From: a virus
Taxonomy: Duplodnaviria; Caudoviricetes
Length of the DNA stretch: 64,000 nucleotides
Reading direction: 5' to 3' (one strand)
IMG/VR virus record: IMGVR_UViG_3300001598_000051
Location: 4,089 to 68,088 of that record
Shown here: positions 26,213 through 35,534 of the stretch, piece by piece
How positions within the stretch are numbered: the first letter of the stretch is position 1
Layout of the letters: each line of letters begins with the position of its first letter
The notes under the pieces: model-generated
Told to the model about the DNA's origin: nothing
Seen by the model: only the letters and a program-made list of their open reading frames with translations
Database searches by the model: none
Position numbers and translations under genes: made by a program

Positions 26213-28489
26213 ATGGTTAGTGAATTCATCGACATCGAAAGACTTAAAACCAATGAGAAGAACCCGAGAACAATAGACTCTGAAGACTTCTATAAGCTCG
26301 TCAACAGTATCCTGGTGTTCCCGAAGATGCTCTCTATACGACCAGTAGCTGTAGATTACAGCAACGGAAACGGAACAGCCGTATCGCTCGGAGGAAACCA
26401 GAGAACAACGGCAATCCAGTATATCGCAGGCCTGGACATCGACAAGATCCAGGACCAGCTGTCACGCATGCCGAGATTTGTCAAGAAGGCACCTGAGAAG
26501 CAGCAGGAACTTATAGCCTACTGGACGAAATGGCTCGAGCATCCCGTCGCAGAGGTAGTGGATATCTCTAAACTCGACGAGGACGAGAAGGAGGAATTCA
26601 TTATCAAAGATAATGTGCCATCAGGTAAGTGGAACTTCGAAGAACTGGCCAACCTCTACGACACGCAGGACCTCATAGACTGGGGCGTTGACCTTATGTT
26701 CGACTTCTCGGATGACGACAACCAGAACGAGCTCGACAACGTGCAGAATGACGACTTCAGCGACAAGGAGGAAGAGGAAGCCAAGGAAGCAAACAGAACG
26801 AAGCCAGGCGACATCTGGATGCTCGGAGCGCACAGACTGATCTGCGGAGACTCGACGAAGGTAGATGACGTGAAGCGACTCATGGACGGGCAGCAGGCAG
26901 ACCTGTGGATCACGGATCCTCCGTATAACGTGGCCATCAAGAACAGCAAAGGCATGACCATTGAGAACGACAACATGAACAGCGTGAAGTTCGGAATGTT
27001 CCTCACATCTGCATTCCAGGCAGCTGAGAACGTCATGAAGCCAGGGTGCCCGTTCTACGTATGGTTTGCTTCGCGTGAACATATCAACTTCGAGCAGGCG
27101 CTCAACAACAACCGCCTCCAGGTGCGAGAGGAACTGATCTGGAACAAGAACAGTCTGGTGCTCGGAAGACAGGACTACCAGTGGAAACACGAACCTTGTC
27201 AGCCTGCCGGAACGATGGTACTCACCACGAACGGAGAGAAACCTATCGAGGAACTGAAGGACGGAGATCGCGTGATTTCTTATAGCCCATTGCAGGGACA
27301 AATAAAGGGATATAAGAACGGAGGATACGAGATCAAGACAGCGAGCAGAGACTACGACGGGAACATGTACTCTGTAAGCACAGACGGAAAGACTACGAGA
27401 TGCACAGACAACCACCAATTCACGGTCAGATTCAATGCAGAAAATAAGAAGAATTTCTGCACATACCTCATGAGACGTGGTGACTGGTGGAGAGTAGGAC
27501 ACACAGTAGCCTACGACGCACGCCAGTTTGGTCTCAAGACACGCATGCACCAGGAGAAGGCAGATGCCGGATGGATCATCGACGTATTCAGCACTCGCGC
27601 AGAAGCACAGATCGCAGAGCAGATGCTCGCAGTCAAGTACGGCATCCCATATACACACTGGGAGATTGAGCGAGGTCTGAAGAAATATCCTGTCAGAACC
27701 ACAGAACAGATCAAGTGGCTCTATGACAACATCGACAAACAGAAGGTACACGAAGGTGCATGCAGATTGTTGGCCGATTACGGGCGCTGTGAGCGATTCC
27801 CGATGATCGATGGAACAATACAGCATGAGAAGTTCAGTACGCGCGTCACGGCAAGAATTCACGCATGCAATCTTATACCGGGACTGATGCAGCTTCCGGT
27901 ACCGACAGAGCCAGGTATCTACCCGAACTTCAGGTGGTCAACCATTGACGATGTAACATTAAGACACGAAGAATGCAAGGTGTACTCTTTGGCCGTGGAG
28001 AAGCATGAGCACTATATCGCAGATGGTATCGTAACACACAACTGTCTCTACGGTTGGAAGGAAGGAGCAGGCCACTACTTCACGAACAGCAGAAGCGAGA
28101 CTACCGTGATCCAGGATGAGGAAGAGATCGACATCGACAAGATGAGCAAGACAGAGTTGCGCGACCTTCTGCACCGTATCTACGAAGAGAAGGCAACGAC
28201 AGTCATCAACGAGAACAAGCCTACAGCTGACACAGACCATCCTACAATGAAGCCTATACGCCTCTTCGGTTATCAGATTGCCAACAGCAGCCGGAAGGGA
28301 GAGATCGTACTGGACACCTTCGGAGGTTCAGGAACTACGATCGTAGCATGCGAGCAGCTCGGACGTAAGGCGAGACTCGTAGAGCTTGATCCCCACTATT
28401 GCGACGTGATCCTTGCGCGATGGGAGAAGCTGACTGGAAACACAGCCGTAAAGATCAGCGGCACAACAACACCACAAGACAATGGATAG
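26213..28489 (+). CDS. ParB-like domain plus N6/N4 DNA methyltransferase, intein-containing
   Basis: N-terminal NEKNPR...LGGNQR (ParB/Srx); TDPPYN motif IV; DTFGGSGTT motif I (beta class). Confidence 0.9.
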   Translation: MVSEFIDIERLKTNEKNPRTIDSEDFYKLVNSILVFPKMLSIRPVAVDYSNGNGTAVSLGGNQRTTAIQYIAGLDIDKIQDQLSRMPRFVKKAPEKQQELIAYWTKWLEHPVAEVVDISKLDEDEKEEFIIKDNVPSGKWNFEELANLYDTQDLIDWGVDLMFDFSDDDNQNELDNVQNDDFSDKEEEEAKEANRTKPGDIWMLGAHRLICGDSTKVDDVKRLMDGQQADLWITDPPYNVAIKNSKGMTIENDNMNSVKFGMFLTSAFQAAENVMKPGCPFYVWFASREHINFEQALNNNRLQVREELIWNKNSLVLGRQDYQWKHEPCQPAGTMVLTTNGEKPIEELKDGDRVISYSPLQGQIKGYKNGGYEIKTASRDYDGNMYSVSTDGKTTRCTDNHQFTVRFNAENKKNFCTYLMRRGDWWRVGHTVAYDARQFGLKTRMHQEKADAGWIIDVFSTRAEAQIAEQMLAVKYGIPYTHWEIERGLKKYPVRTTEQIKWLYDNIDKQKVHEGACRLLADYGRCERFPMIDGTIQHEKFSTRVTARIHACNLIPGLMQLPVPTEPGIYPNFRWSTIDDVTLRHEECKVYSLAVEKHEHYIADGIVTHNCLYGWKEGAGHYFTNSRSETTVIQDEEEIDIDKMSKTELRDLLHRIYEEKATTVINENKPTADTDHPTMKPIRLFGYQIANSSRKGEIVLDTFGGSGTTIVACEQLGRKARLVELDPHYCDVILARWEKLTGNTAVKISGTTTPQDNG
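27197..28042 (+). mobile_element. Intein (282 aa) in the DNA methyltransferase
   Basis: Starts CQPAGTMV, block B TDNHQF, ends HYIADGIVTHN with +1 Cys; removing it restores HEP-CLYGWK. Confidence 0.93.
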
Positions 28490-29072
28490 ACCACTAAAGA
28501 ACCACACAGGAGGCGACAACGCAACTACGAAGCGAACCAAGCGCGACGACAGCACGAAGCTGCTGCGTATGGATAAGGTGGCTCCACTCTTCAAGAGAGG
28601 GTACACATACAGAGAGATCCGTGATGTGGTAATGAAAGAACTCGAACTCAAGACGTATGGACTCGCAACAGTGAAGCATGACATCGAGTCGCTTCTCGCA
28701 GAATGGAGAGAGACGCGAATAGATAACACAGACCAGGCCGTACAGCTCGAGCTGCAGCGTATCGACGACCTTGTCAAGGAGGCATGGGCCGCTTGGGACA
28801 AGAGCAAGGAGGACTACCAAAAGAAGAAAGGCAAGGCAACTGCAGTACCATCGGTCGGTGGTTCAGGGTCAGCAAGGACAGTCAAGCAGGAACAATGGCA
28901 GGAAGACATCCAGAGCGTAGGAGATCCTCGATTCATCGACACCATCAACAAGCTGCTCATCGAGAGACGCAAGCTCCTGGGACTCTATGCACCTGACAAG
29001 CACGACGTTAATACAGATCTGTCATTTGCAGACTTCCTCATGAAGACCGGACAAAAGAAGGGAGAAGTATGA
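28482..29072 (+). CDS. Terminase small subunit (putative)
   Basis: N-terminal HTH (GYTYREIR...TVKHDI), GDPRFIDTI...ERRKLLGLYAP; precedes terL. Confidence 0.65.
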   Translation: MDRPLKNHTGGDNATTKRTKRDDSTKLLRMDKVAPLFKRGYTYREIRDVVMKELELKTYGLATVKHDIESLLAEWRETRIDNTDQAVQLELQRIDDLVKEAWAAWDKSKEDYQKKKGKATAVPSVGGSGSARTVKQEQWQEDIQSVGDPRFIDTINKLLIERRKLLGLYAPDKHDVNTDLSFADFLMKTGQKKGEV

Positions 29073-29344
29073 AGATATTGAAAGACAGCGAATACAGAAC
29101 ACTTCTACGCGCAAAGAATACGCTCTTAAAAGTCAAGGCTATACAGGAAGAAACCATCCTACGGCAGCAGGCGATGATATCAAGCATCATCAAGACATCA
29201 AAGGACAGCTCTCTTAAATACGAGCATCGCATAAAGGAACTCGAAGAAGAAAACGACCGCATGAAGCGGCTTATCTCGGACTTACCGGGGAATTACCAGG
29301 TAAACGGTCCATTCTACGGGATTATTGACGGAAACTGGGAATAG
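29069..29344 (+). CDS. Hypothetical coiled-coil protein
   Basis: 91-aa ORF between terminase genes. Confidence 0.6.
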   Translation: MKILKDSEYRTLLRAKNTLLKVKAIQEETILRQQAMISSIIKTSKDSSLKYEHRIKELEEENDRMKRLISDLPGNYQVNGPFYGIIDGNWE

Positions 29345-29360
29345 TTACGAAAGCAGACGC

Positions 29361-30956
29361 ATGGCACAGAAGTACGACATAGAAGCACTCAACCAGGCAG
29401 CAGAGGACCTCTTCGCGCGGTACCGGGCTGACTGGAACTTCTTTGTGTCGGACGTCTTCGGTGTTTCGCTCGATCCTGCACAGCAGCAGATCCTCTACGA
29501 CATACAGCACAGCAGGCGCGTATCGGTAAGATCCGGAACGGCACGCGGCAAAGACTTCGTATCGGCATGCGCAGCGATGTGTTTTCTGTATTTAACGCCT
29601 GTATGGGACGCTGAAGGCAACCTTGTAGAGAATACCAAGGTGGCGCTCACAGCACCGACAGAGCGACAGGTAAGCAATATCATGATGCCGGAGATCGCTC
29701 GTCTGTACGGACGAGCCAAGAAAAGAGGCAAGGCACTACCAGGCAAGCTCAACAGCGAGAGCATCCGCATGGAGGACAAGGAGTGGTTTCTGGTCGGATT
29801 CAAGGCAGACAACAACAACCACGAAGCCTGGTCGGGATTTCACGCATCGCACGTCATGTTCGTGGTCACCGAGGCCACAGGTATCTCAGAGGATACATTC
29901 GCGGCCATCGAAGGCAACCTGCAGGGCGACTCGCGCATCTTGATTGTCTTCAACCCGAACACCACCATCGGATACGCGGCACAGAGCCAGAAGCAGGACC
30001 GATGGGTCAACCACCGACTGAGCGACCTCGACGCGCCTAACGTGGTAGAGAAGCGCATCATCAGACCGGGACAGGTGGACTTCGACTGGGTGAAGGACCA
30101 TGTGGACGCATGGTGCGACGAGATCAGGAAGAGCGAAGTCAAGCAGAGTGAGAATGACTTCGAATTTGACGGTAAATGGTATCGGCCTAACGACCTATTC
30201 CGTATCAAGGTGCTGGGAGAGTTCCCGAAGAGCGGAGACGACGTGCTGGTACCAGCCAAGTGGATAGAGATCGCACAGGAGCGATGGAAAGACTACCACC
30301 TGGAGCATGGAGGCGACATGATCATCGGAGCGGACGTGGCAGGCATGGGCCGCGACAACAGCGTTGACTGCTACAGACAGGGCAACTACGTTGACCGATT
30401 CGAGAAGCACAACAGCGGAGGAACTGCAGACCACATGGCCGTGGCAGGAAGACACATACACTATCTGTCAGCCAACAGCAACTGCGTGGTCAGCATTGAC
30501 ACCATCGGAGAGGGCGCAGGCGTTTACAGCAAGGTTATGGAAGAGACATACGCAGAGACGCCACCATTCAACGAAGAGCAGGTGATCAGCTGCAAGTTCA
30601 GCGAATCAGCCGAGGGACTCTCAGACTACACCGGAGAGTACAAATTTGCAAATATGAAAGCGTACCTCTACTGGGCCGTAAGAGACTGGCTGAACCCGGA
30701 TAACGACACAGGCGCCATGCTTCCACCAGGAGGAACGCTCATGGAAGAGGCAACGGCTATCAAGTGGAGTTTCCAGAGCAGCGGAAAGATACTCATGGAA
30801 CCAAAGGAGCACACAAAGGAGCGCCTGGGCCATTCTCCTGACGAACTCGACGCATTGGCGAATACATTCCATCCGAAGGCCGTAGAAGCCGTTAAATACC
30901 ACGACAGAAGCAACGAGCTCAGCGATGAGGAACTCGAGACAATGTTGTTGGACTAA
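29361..30956 (+). CDS. terL: Terminase large subunit
   Basis: SGTARGKD Walker A-like, VVTEATG Walker B, IGADVAGMGRD nuclease, SPDELDAL; likely ATG 29361. Confidence 0.92.
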   Translation: MAQKYDIEALNQAAEDLFARYRADWNFFVSDVFGVSLDPAQQQILYDIQHSRRVSVRSGTARGKDFVSACAAMCFLYLTPVWDAEGNLVENTKVALTAPTERQVSNIMMPEIARLYGRAKKRGKALPGKLNSESIRMEDKEWFLVGFKADNNNHEAWSGFHASHVMFVVTEATGISEDTFAAIEGNLQGDSRILIVFNPNTTIGYAAQSQKQDRWVNHRLSDLDAPNVVEKRIIRPGQVDFDWVKDHVDAWCDEIRKSEVKQSENDFEFDGKWYRPNDLFRIKVLGEFPKSGDDVLVPAKWIEIAQERWKDYHLEHGGDMIIGADVAGMGRDNSVDCYRQGNYVDRFEKHNSGGTADHMAVAGRHIHYLSANSNCVVSIDTIGEGAGVYSKVMEETYAETPPFNEEQVISCKFSESAEGLSDYTGEYKFANMKAYLYWAVRDWLNPDNDTGAMLPPGGTLMEEATAIKWSFQSSGKILMEPKEHTKERLGHSPDELDALANTFHPKAVEAVKYHDRSNELSDEELETMLLD

Positions 30957-31008
30957 ACAGGAAAGAAAACAGGAAAGAAAATAGGAAAATAGGAAAGAAA
31001 ATAGGAAA
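30955..31008 (+). repeat. Purine-rich tandem repeat AAA(C/T)AGGAAAG
   Basis: About five degenerate copies directly after terL. Confidence 0.6.
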
Positions 31009-31036
31009 TTCTTTTTATTTAGGAAACGAAAAAGAA

Positions 31037-31342
31037 ATGGGAAAGAAAAAGATCTATCTGTCCGGTCCGATTGCCGGGATTAACGAGAAGACATATAAGG
31101 ACAATTTCTCACAGGCAGAGAAGCGTGTACGTGAGTTTGTCAACGAAGATGACATAATAGTCAACCCGGCCAAGTTGCCTGCCATTCATGATACGTGGGC
31201 AGACTATCTCGTGCAGGATCTGCTCATGCTGAAGGATTGCGACATCATCGTCATGCTTCCAGGATGGGAAGGAAGCAAGGGTGCAATCGTAGAGCGAGCG
31301 TTTGCCGACGGATGCGGAATAGAAATCAAATACCTTCTGTAA
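31037..31342 (+). CDS. DUF4406 (nucleoside deoxyribosyltransferase-like) protein
   Basis: KIYLSGPIAG, IVNPA, WADYL..DL..L..CD.I.MLPGWE.SKGA..E. Confidence 0.85.
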   Translation: MGKKKIYLSGPIAGINEKTYKDNFSQAEKRVREFVNEDDIIVNPAKLPAIHDTWADYLVQDLLMLKDCDIIVMLPGWEGSKGAIVERAFADGCGIEIKYLL

Positions 31343-31344
31343 TC

Positions 31345-31632
31345 ATGGGAAATACAAAGAACTACGGCATGCTTGACAGCCAAGAGGCATACAAGCGAGG
31401 ACTCGAGAAAAGAAAGATGCAGCTCCAGGAGATCGACGACTACATGCAGCGTAACAGAGACGCGCGTCTGCAGGTGAACTTCTGCAAGCTCCAGAGCGAA
31501 GACCATGCGTGCGTGACCATGTCTGGAAAGACAGCATGGCCAATATACCAGGAGATCCGAAAGCAACTCGTAGCGCAGATACAGGACCTCGAGAAGAAAA
31601 TACAACAAACCAATAACACCAAGACAACATGA
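31345..31632 (+). CDS. Hypothetical protein
   Basis: Likely start MGNTK at 31345; ATGA overlap with the portal gene. Confidence 0.6.
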   Translation: MGNTKNYGMLDSQEAYKRGLEKRKMQLQEIDDYMQRNRDARLQVNFCKLQSEDHACVTMSGKTAWPIYQEIRKQLVAQIQDLEKKIQQTNNTKTT

Positions 31633-32993
31633 ACATCAACGACATCATCGACGCACCGGATCTGACCGTATCGCAGAAGATCAGTCAGCTCCAGGTAAAG
31701 AACATCGTGGTACCATCATGGGACAAGCTGAGAAAGGAATATGACCCGAAGCAGCACCCTGTATGCAAGGATCCTAAGTACCACGAAAAGAACGGCAGCG
31801 GACAACTCAGCAGAGTCACCCTCGGATGGCAGAAGCTGGCCACAAAGCGAATGGCAGCGCTTATGTTCGGCATCCAGGTGAAGCGTGTGTACGCTACCAC
31901 TGACAACGAACAGGAGAAGCTCGCCCAGAAGATCATGGAGGACATATACTCACGCAACCGTATCAACTCCGTCAACCTCGAGCGTGCAGAATGGCTCTAT
32001 GCAGCATGTGAGGTAGTGACCATCTGGTACACCCAGGAGACGCCAGCCGTATATGCCGGACAGAGCACAGGAATGAAGCTCAGATGCCGCTCGTTCGCTC
32101 CAAACAAGGGATGCGGCCTGTTCCCACTCTTCGACGAATACGACGACCTGGTGGCGCTTTCCATCCGCTACACACGAACAGACGAGGAACGCAAGAATGT
32201 GACTTACTTCGACACATACACCGCAGACAGACACATCTGCTTCAATGAGACCAAGCAGGAGGTGATCATGGACGAGAACATCACAGTAGGTAAGATCGCA
32301 GGCATCTACATGCACAGAGACGAGCCTATCTGGGAGGACGAGAGCAACAACGTATATGAGGCAGAATGGACCCTCTCACGCAACGGAAACTACGTCCGGA
32401 AGAACAGCCGACCCAAGCTCGCTATCTACAGCGATAGCAAGGTGGTGGCCGACCGAGGACCCAAGGGAGAGAATGTCAGCAGCGAGGTAATCCGTCTCGG
32501 GAAAGGAGATAAGATGGAATTCGTCTCATGGAACGGATCTATTGAAGCTACTAAGTTCCACGTCGATCAGCTGAAGCAGAACTTCAACGGACAGCTGCAG
32601 CTTCCGGACGTATCGATGGACAACATGAAGTCAACGCCAATGTCAGGCGAGAGCCGCAAGATGCTCTTCATGGATAGCCAGATGAAGGTGACGCGAGAGA
32701 GCGGTATCTGGCTCGAAGGCTTTGATCGAGAATTCAACGTCATCCGTGCTTTCGCCAAGATCATGTTCCCTGGCATGGCTTCAGCATTCGACACCATCAG
32801 AGTGCGCCATATCATCACGCCTTACCAGATCCTCGACGAGAAGGAGGACGTAGAGAAGCTGAGCACCGCATGCGGAACGATCGCATCTACCAGGACCTGC
32901 GTGTCACGCCTCGGATGGGTCGACGATATCGATGAAGAGGTGCGCCTGATTCAGGAGGCAGAAACAGCGGACGTATTCAATCCGATGGAGTAA
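31629..32993 (+). CDS. Portal protein (SPP1-like)
   Basis: 454 aa after terL; PDVSMDNM..TPMSGESRKML motif. Confidence 0.85.
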   Translation: MNINDIIDAPDLTVSQKISQLQVKNIVVPSWDKLRKEYDPKQHPVCKDPKYHEKNGSGQLSRVTLGWQKLATKRMAALMFGIQVKRVYATTDNEQEKLAQKIMEDIYSRNRINSVNLERAEWLYAACEVVTIWYTQETPAVYAGQSTGMKLRCRSFAPNKGCGLFPLFDEYDDLVALSIRYTRTDEERKNVTYFDTYTADRHICFNETKQEVIMDENITVGKIAGIYMHRDEPIWEDESNNVYEAEWTLSRNGNYVRKNSRPKLAIYSDSKVVADRGPKGENVSSEVIRLGKGDKMEFVSWNGSIEATKFHVDQLKQNFNGQLQLPDVSMDNMKSTPMSGESRKMLFMDSQMKVTRESGIWLEGFDREFNVIRAFAKIMFPGMASAFDTIRVRHIITPYQILDEKEDVEKLSTACGTIASTRTCVSRLGWVDDIDEEVRLIQEAETADVFNPME

Positions 32994-33014
32994 GACACCA
33001 CAGAAACAAAGAAA

Positions 33015-33049
33015 GGGCGACAGAGGCCAAATAAACAGCCTTGTCGCCC
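33015..33049. terminator. Hairpin between convergent units
   Basis: GGGCGACA/TGTCGCCC stem. Confidence 0.5.
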
Positions 33050-33071
33050 ATCATACGATCTTTGAAATACT

Positions 33072-33236
33072 TTATTTGTCATTTACTTGTTCAACAGCCA
33101 GGAAAGCGCGGCAGCACTTCCATACCCAGGCGGTGCCTCTTTCCTTAATGACTGGCTCCAGGTCAACCGGGACCTTCCAGAGATGCTTGTGTCCATCATA
33201 CGAAGGACGACCTGCGCTTTTTTTCAATGTTTCCAT
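33072..33236 (-). CDS. Small putative DNA-binding protein
   Basis: METLKKSAGRPSYDGHKHLWKVPVDL..., 54 aa, read by hand. Confidence 0.55.
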   Translation of the reverse strand: METLKKSAGRPSYDGHKHLWKVPVDLEPVIKERGTAWVWKCCRAFLAVEQVNDK

Positions 33237-33385
33237 TCTTTACAATTGTTAGGTTTCATTAGTTCAAAATTGCCGGACAGACAGCGCCAGGACTTTCTAC
33301 ACACATTCGCCTTCTTGGCGATATCGTAACACACCCAGTGACAGAAGAAGCAGGTGTGCATGTATTCATTGAATAGATCATCCAT
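33224..33385 (-). CDS. Small Cys-rich protein
   Basis: MDDLFNEYMHTCFFCHWVC...C...C...C, 53 aa. Confidence 0.5.
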   Translation of the reverse strand: MDDLFNEYMHTCFFCHWVCYDIAKKANVCRKSWRCLSGNFELMKPNNCKEWKH

Positions 33386-33387
33386 GG

Positions 33388-33744
33388 TCAAAAGCGGTCT
33401 GGTTTGTTTTCTACGAGTGAACGTCCATAGGCATAAGCCTCGGAATCGGAGCCATCGCAATAAACGACAACACCTGTCAGTTCGAAGGTTCTCGGGTGCT
33501 TGTACAGGAAGAAGCGTACAGGCTTACCAGAAGAACGGACATAAGCGCGAAGACCATCGCAAAGCTCCCACTCCATAGGAAGAAACAGGTAAAAGAGGTC
33601 GGAACCGAGATCATCCTGCAGCTTGCCATGAGCGTAAACGAACGGGATGCGCTTGTAACGTGTAGCCATGTGTGCACTGCCATCTTCCGGGTGTTGGAGC
33701 ATTTCGTCATATTGCTCCTGGCTGATAATTTTAGGATCGAGCAT
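33388..33744 (-). CDS. Hypothetical protein
   Basis: 118-aa ORF in the leftward island. Confidence 0.65.
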   Translation of the reverse strand: MLDPKIISQEQYDEMLQHPEDGSAHMATRYKRIPFVYAHGKLQDDLGSDLFYLFLPMEWELCDGLRAYVRSSGKPVRFFLYKHPRTFELTGVVVYCDGSDSEAYAYGRSLVENKPDRF

Positions 33745-33792
33745 AAGAGGAAAGAATAGAGGAGCCAGGCGAACCCGGCTCCGTGTTAGACA

Positions 33793-34068
33793 TTAGTGAC
33801 GTGAAAAGATCATCGTTGCGTCGCGGATCATATCATCTCCAGGAGCATACCCGAAAGGATCGTCAAAATCCGATGCCTCTTTGTTGACGCTCTCCCAGTA
33901 CTGCAATCCACCTCTACGGACACAGAACTGGAAGATAGTGTCAAGGTACGAAACAAGCTCTGCATGAGCGAACGTGTCGGTGGTTTTTACGATTTCAGCG
34001 TTGTACTGACGAACGAGCTCAACCAGGCGGTTGCGTGAGGTCTTAAGACAAAGTGAAAGGTGTGACAT
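33793..34068 (-). CDS. Hypothetical protein
   Basis: 91-aa ORF. Confidence 0.6.
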   Translation of the reverse strand: MSHLSLCLKTSRNRLVELVRQYNAEIVKTTDTFAHAELVSYLDTIFQFCVRRGGLQYWESVNKEASDFDDPFGYAPGDDMIRDATMIFSRH

Positions 34069-34098
34069 AGGGCAAATGAAATAAAGGGTGAAACAAAA

Positions 34099-34281
34099 TT
34101 AAAGAAGTTCAGCAGCTGCCTCTTTGAGGTCGTCGAAGAAATGGAGCTTCTCTTCGTCAGACATGGTAGCATGTACGAACTTAGCCAGGGTCTGATAACC
34201 AGGAGAGGTTATACCTTCAAACTTGATATAGTCTAACATTTGAGACTTGAGGATTTCTTTGATTTCTGATTGAGTTTTCAT
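34099..34281 (-). CDS. 60-aa acidic protein, paralog A
   Basis: 17/60 ungapped identities to the neighbour. Confidence 0.7.
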   Translation of the reverse strand: MKTQSEIKEILKSQMLDYIKFEGITSPGYQTLAKFVHATMSDEEKLHFFDDLKEAAAELL

Positions 34282-34292
34282 ATAGTGGAGGA

Positions 34293-34475
34293 TTAAAAGT
34301 TCATTGATTCAGATTCTGCTCTCTTGATGAAGTCCAGGAACTCGTCATCGTCATCGATAAGACTGCGGACAAGATCACGGAGGGTTTTATACTCTGCGCT
34401 ATTTGCGCCATTGAAGTAAAGCTCAAAAGCCATTTGAGACTGAATCTTTGCGAAGATTTCAACGTTGGTTTTCAT
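34293..34475 (-). CDS. 60-aa acidic protein, paralog B
   Basis: 17/60 ungapped identities to the neighbour. Confidence 0.7.
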   Translation of the reverse strand: MKTNVEIFAKIQSQMAFELYFNGANSAEYKTLRDLVRSLIDDDDEFLDFIKRAESESMNF

Positions 34476-34495
34476 ATTTATAAGGAATTAAAAGA

Positions 34496-34666
34496 TTAGA
34501 CATCGAATTCGTAGCTGTGGCCAGGATTTAAAGAAGACAAGCGATCAACGACTTCTTCTGGTGTTGATTCAAAACCTACATAAGCAACAAATAAAGGCTT
34601 TGAGTAACGGTATCCGTCTTTCTTGATAGGGTAGATATAACACCCGTTTGTTTTTTTAGTTCCCAT
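34496..34666 (-). CDS. Small hypothetical protein
   Basis: MGTKKTNGCYIYP...YEFDV*, 56 aa, read by hand; first gene after a promoter. Confidence 0.6.
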   Translation of the reverse strand: MGTKKTNGCYIYPIKKDGYRYSKPLFVAYVGFESTPEEVVDRLSSLNPGHSYEFDV

Positions 34667-34698
34667 AAGATTGTTTTTTTTGTTTAATTTTTACATTG

Positions 34699-34706
34699 CA
34701 AAGGTA
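34699..34706 (-). promoter_or_regulatory. -7 promoter box of leftward island 1
   Basis: TACCTTTG on the minus strand with upstream TTG elements. Confidence 0.7.
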
Positions 34707-34865
34707 ACGGTTTATTTTTATTGTTGCAAGTAAATGGCAATAAAGTTATAACAAAATCGAATAATCCATTGATATTCTTCGCGTTATGCTCTCCGGAGGT
34801 TGCTTAATGCGGCGTTTAACAGGAACAAAATTAGTAAGTTTTTCAGTTTACAACATAAAACAACA

Positions 34866-35372
34866 ATGACATACAACGAGTACAAGCAAGGAGCACTAAA
34901 TACAGCGACCTATCCCAGACCGCTGCGCTTCCTTTATCTGAAGCTAGGAATCCGGGAAGAGACAGGAGAAGTATGCGGAAAGTTTAAGAAACTGATTCGA
35001 GACAAGGGATGGCAACCAGGCATGACCATCACCGGAGAGGAAAGGAAGGCCATCCTGTTAGAACTTGGTGACGTCGCCTGGTACTGCGCATGCTTCGCTC
35101 ACGAACGTGGAACGAAGATCGCAGTCAAGGAAGATATTGATATGGTGAAGCGAAGCAGAGGAACCAATGACGGAACGGAGAACATCTGCATGAAGGCAGA
35201 GGACCTGGCGACTGTCGCCACAGGAGAGAACTTCATCATCGCATTCATTTATATAGAAATGATAGCACAGATGCTCGATTCGTCGCTTAACGAGGTATGT
35301 CAGATGAACCTGGACAAGCTAGCAGACAGGCAGCGTAGAGACAAGATCCACGGAAGCGGAGACTATAGGTAA
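34866..35372 (+). CDS. MazG-like nucleotide pyrophosphohydrolase
   Basis: YNEYKQGALNTATYP, LGIREETGEV..KFKK, ELGDVAWY, NLDKLADRQRR; likely ATG 34866. Confidence 0.85.
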   Translation: MTYNEYKQGALNTATYPRPLRFLYLKLGIREETGEVCGKFKKLIRDKGWQPGMTITGEERKAILLELGDVAWYCACFAHERGTKIAVKEDIDMVKRSRGTNDGTENICMKAEDLATVATGENFIIAFIYIEMIAQMLDSSLNEVCQMNLDKLADRQRRDKIHGSGDYR

Positions 35373-35534
35373 ATCCGTCAAATTTTGAATAAAATAGGAT
35401 GAAACGGAAAAAAAGAGGATCTGCAACGTGAATTATAGTGAATGATCGGGAATTTATCCGTCATTTTATGTAATTTTAGTTCATTTTACGGAAACGACGG
35501 AAAACATACTATAAATATATAAAAACAAGAGAGG

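Noticed and set aside
26621-27862. 413-aa minus-strand ORF and the many other antisense or alternate-frame ORFs in the track
   Set aside because: They shadow well-supported plus-strand genes, lack recognisable motifs and are explained by codon bias
35373-35510. ATCCGTCA duplicated upstream of the MuF gene
   Set aside because: Only two 8-mers in AT-rich DNA; too weak to call an operator
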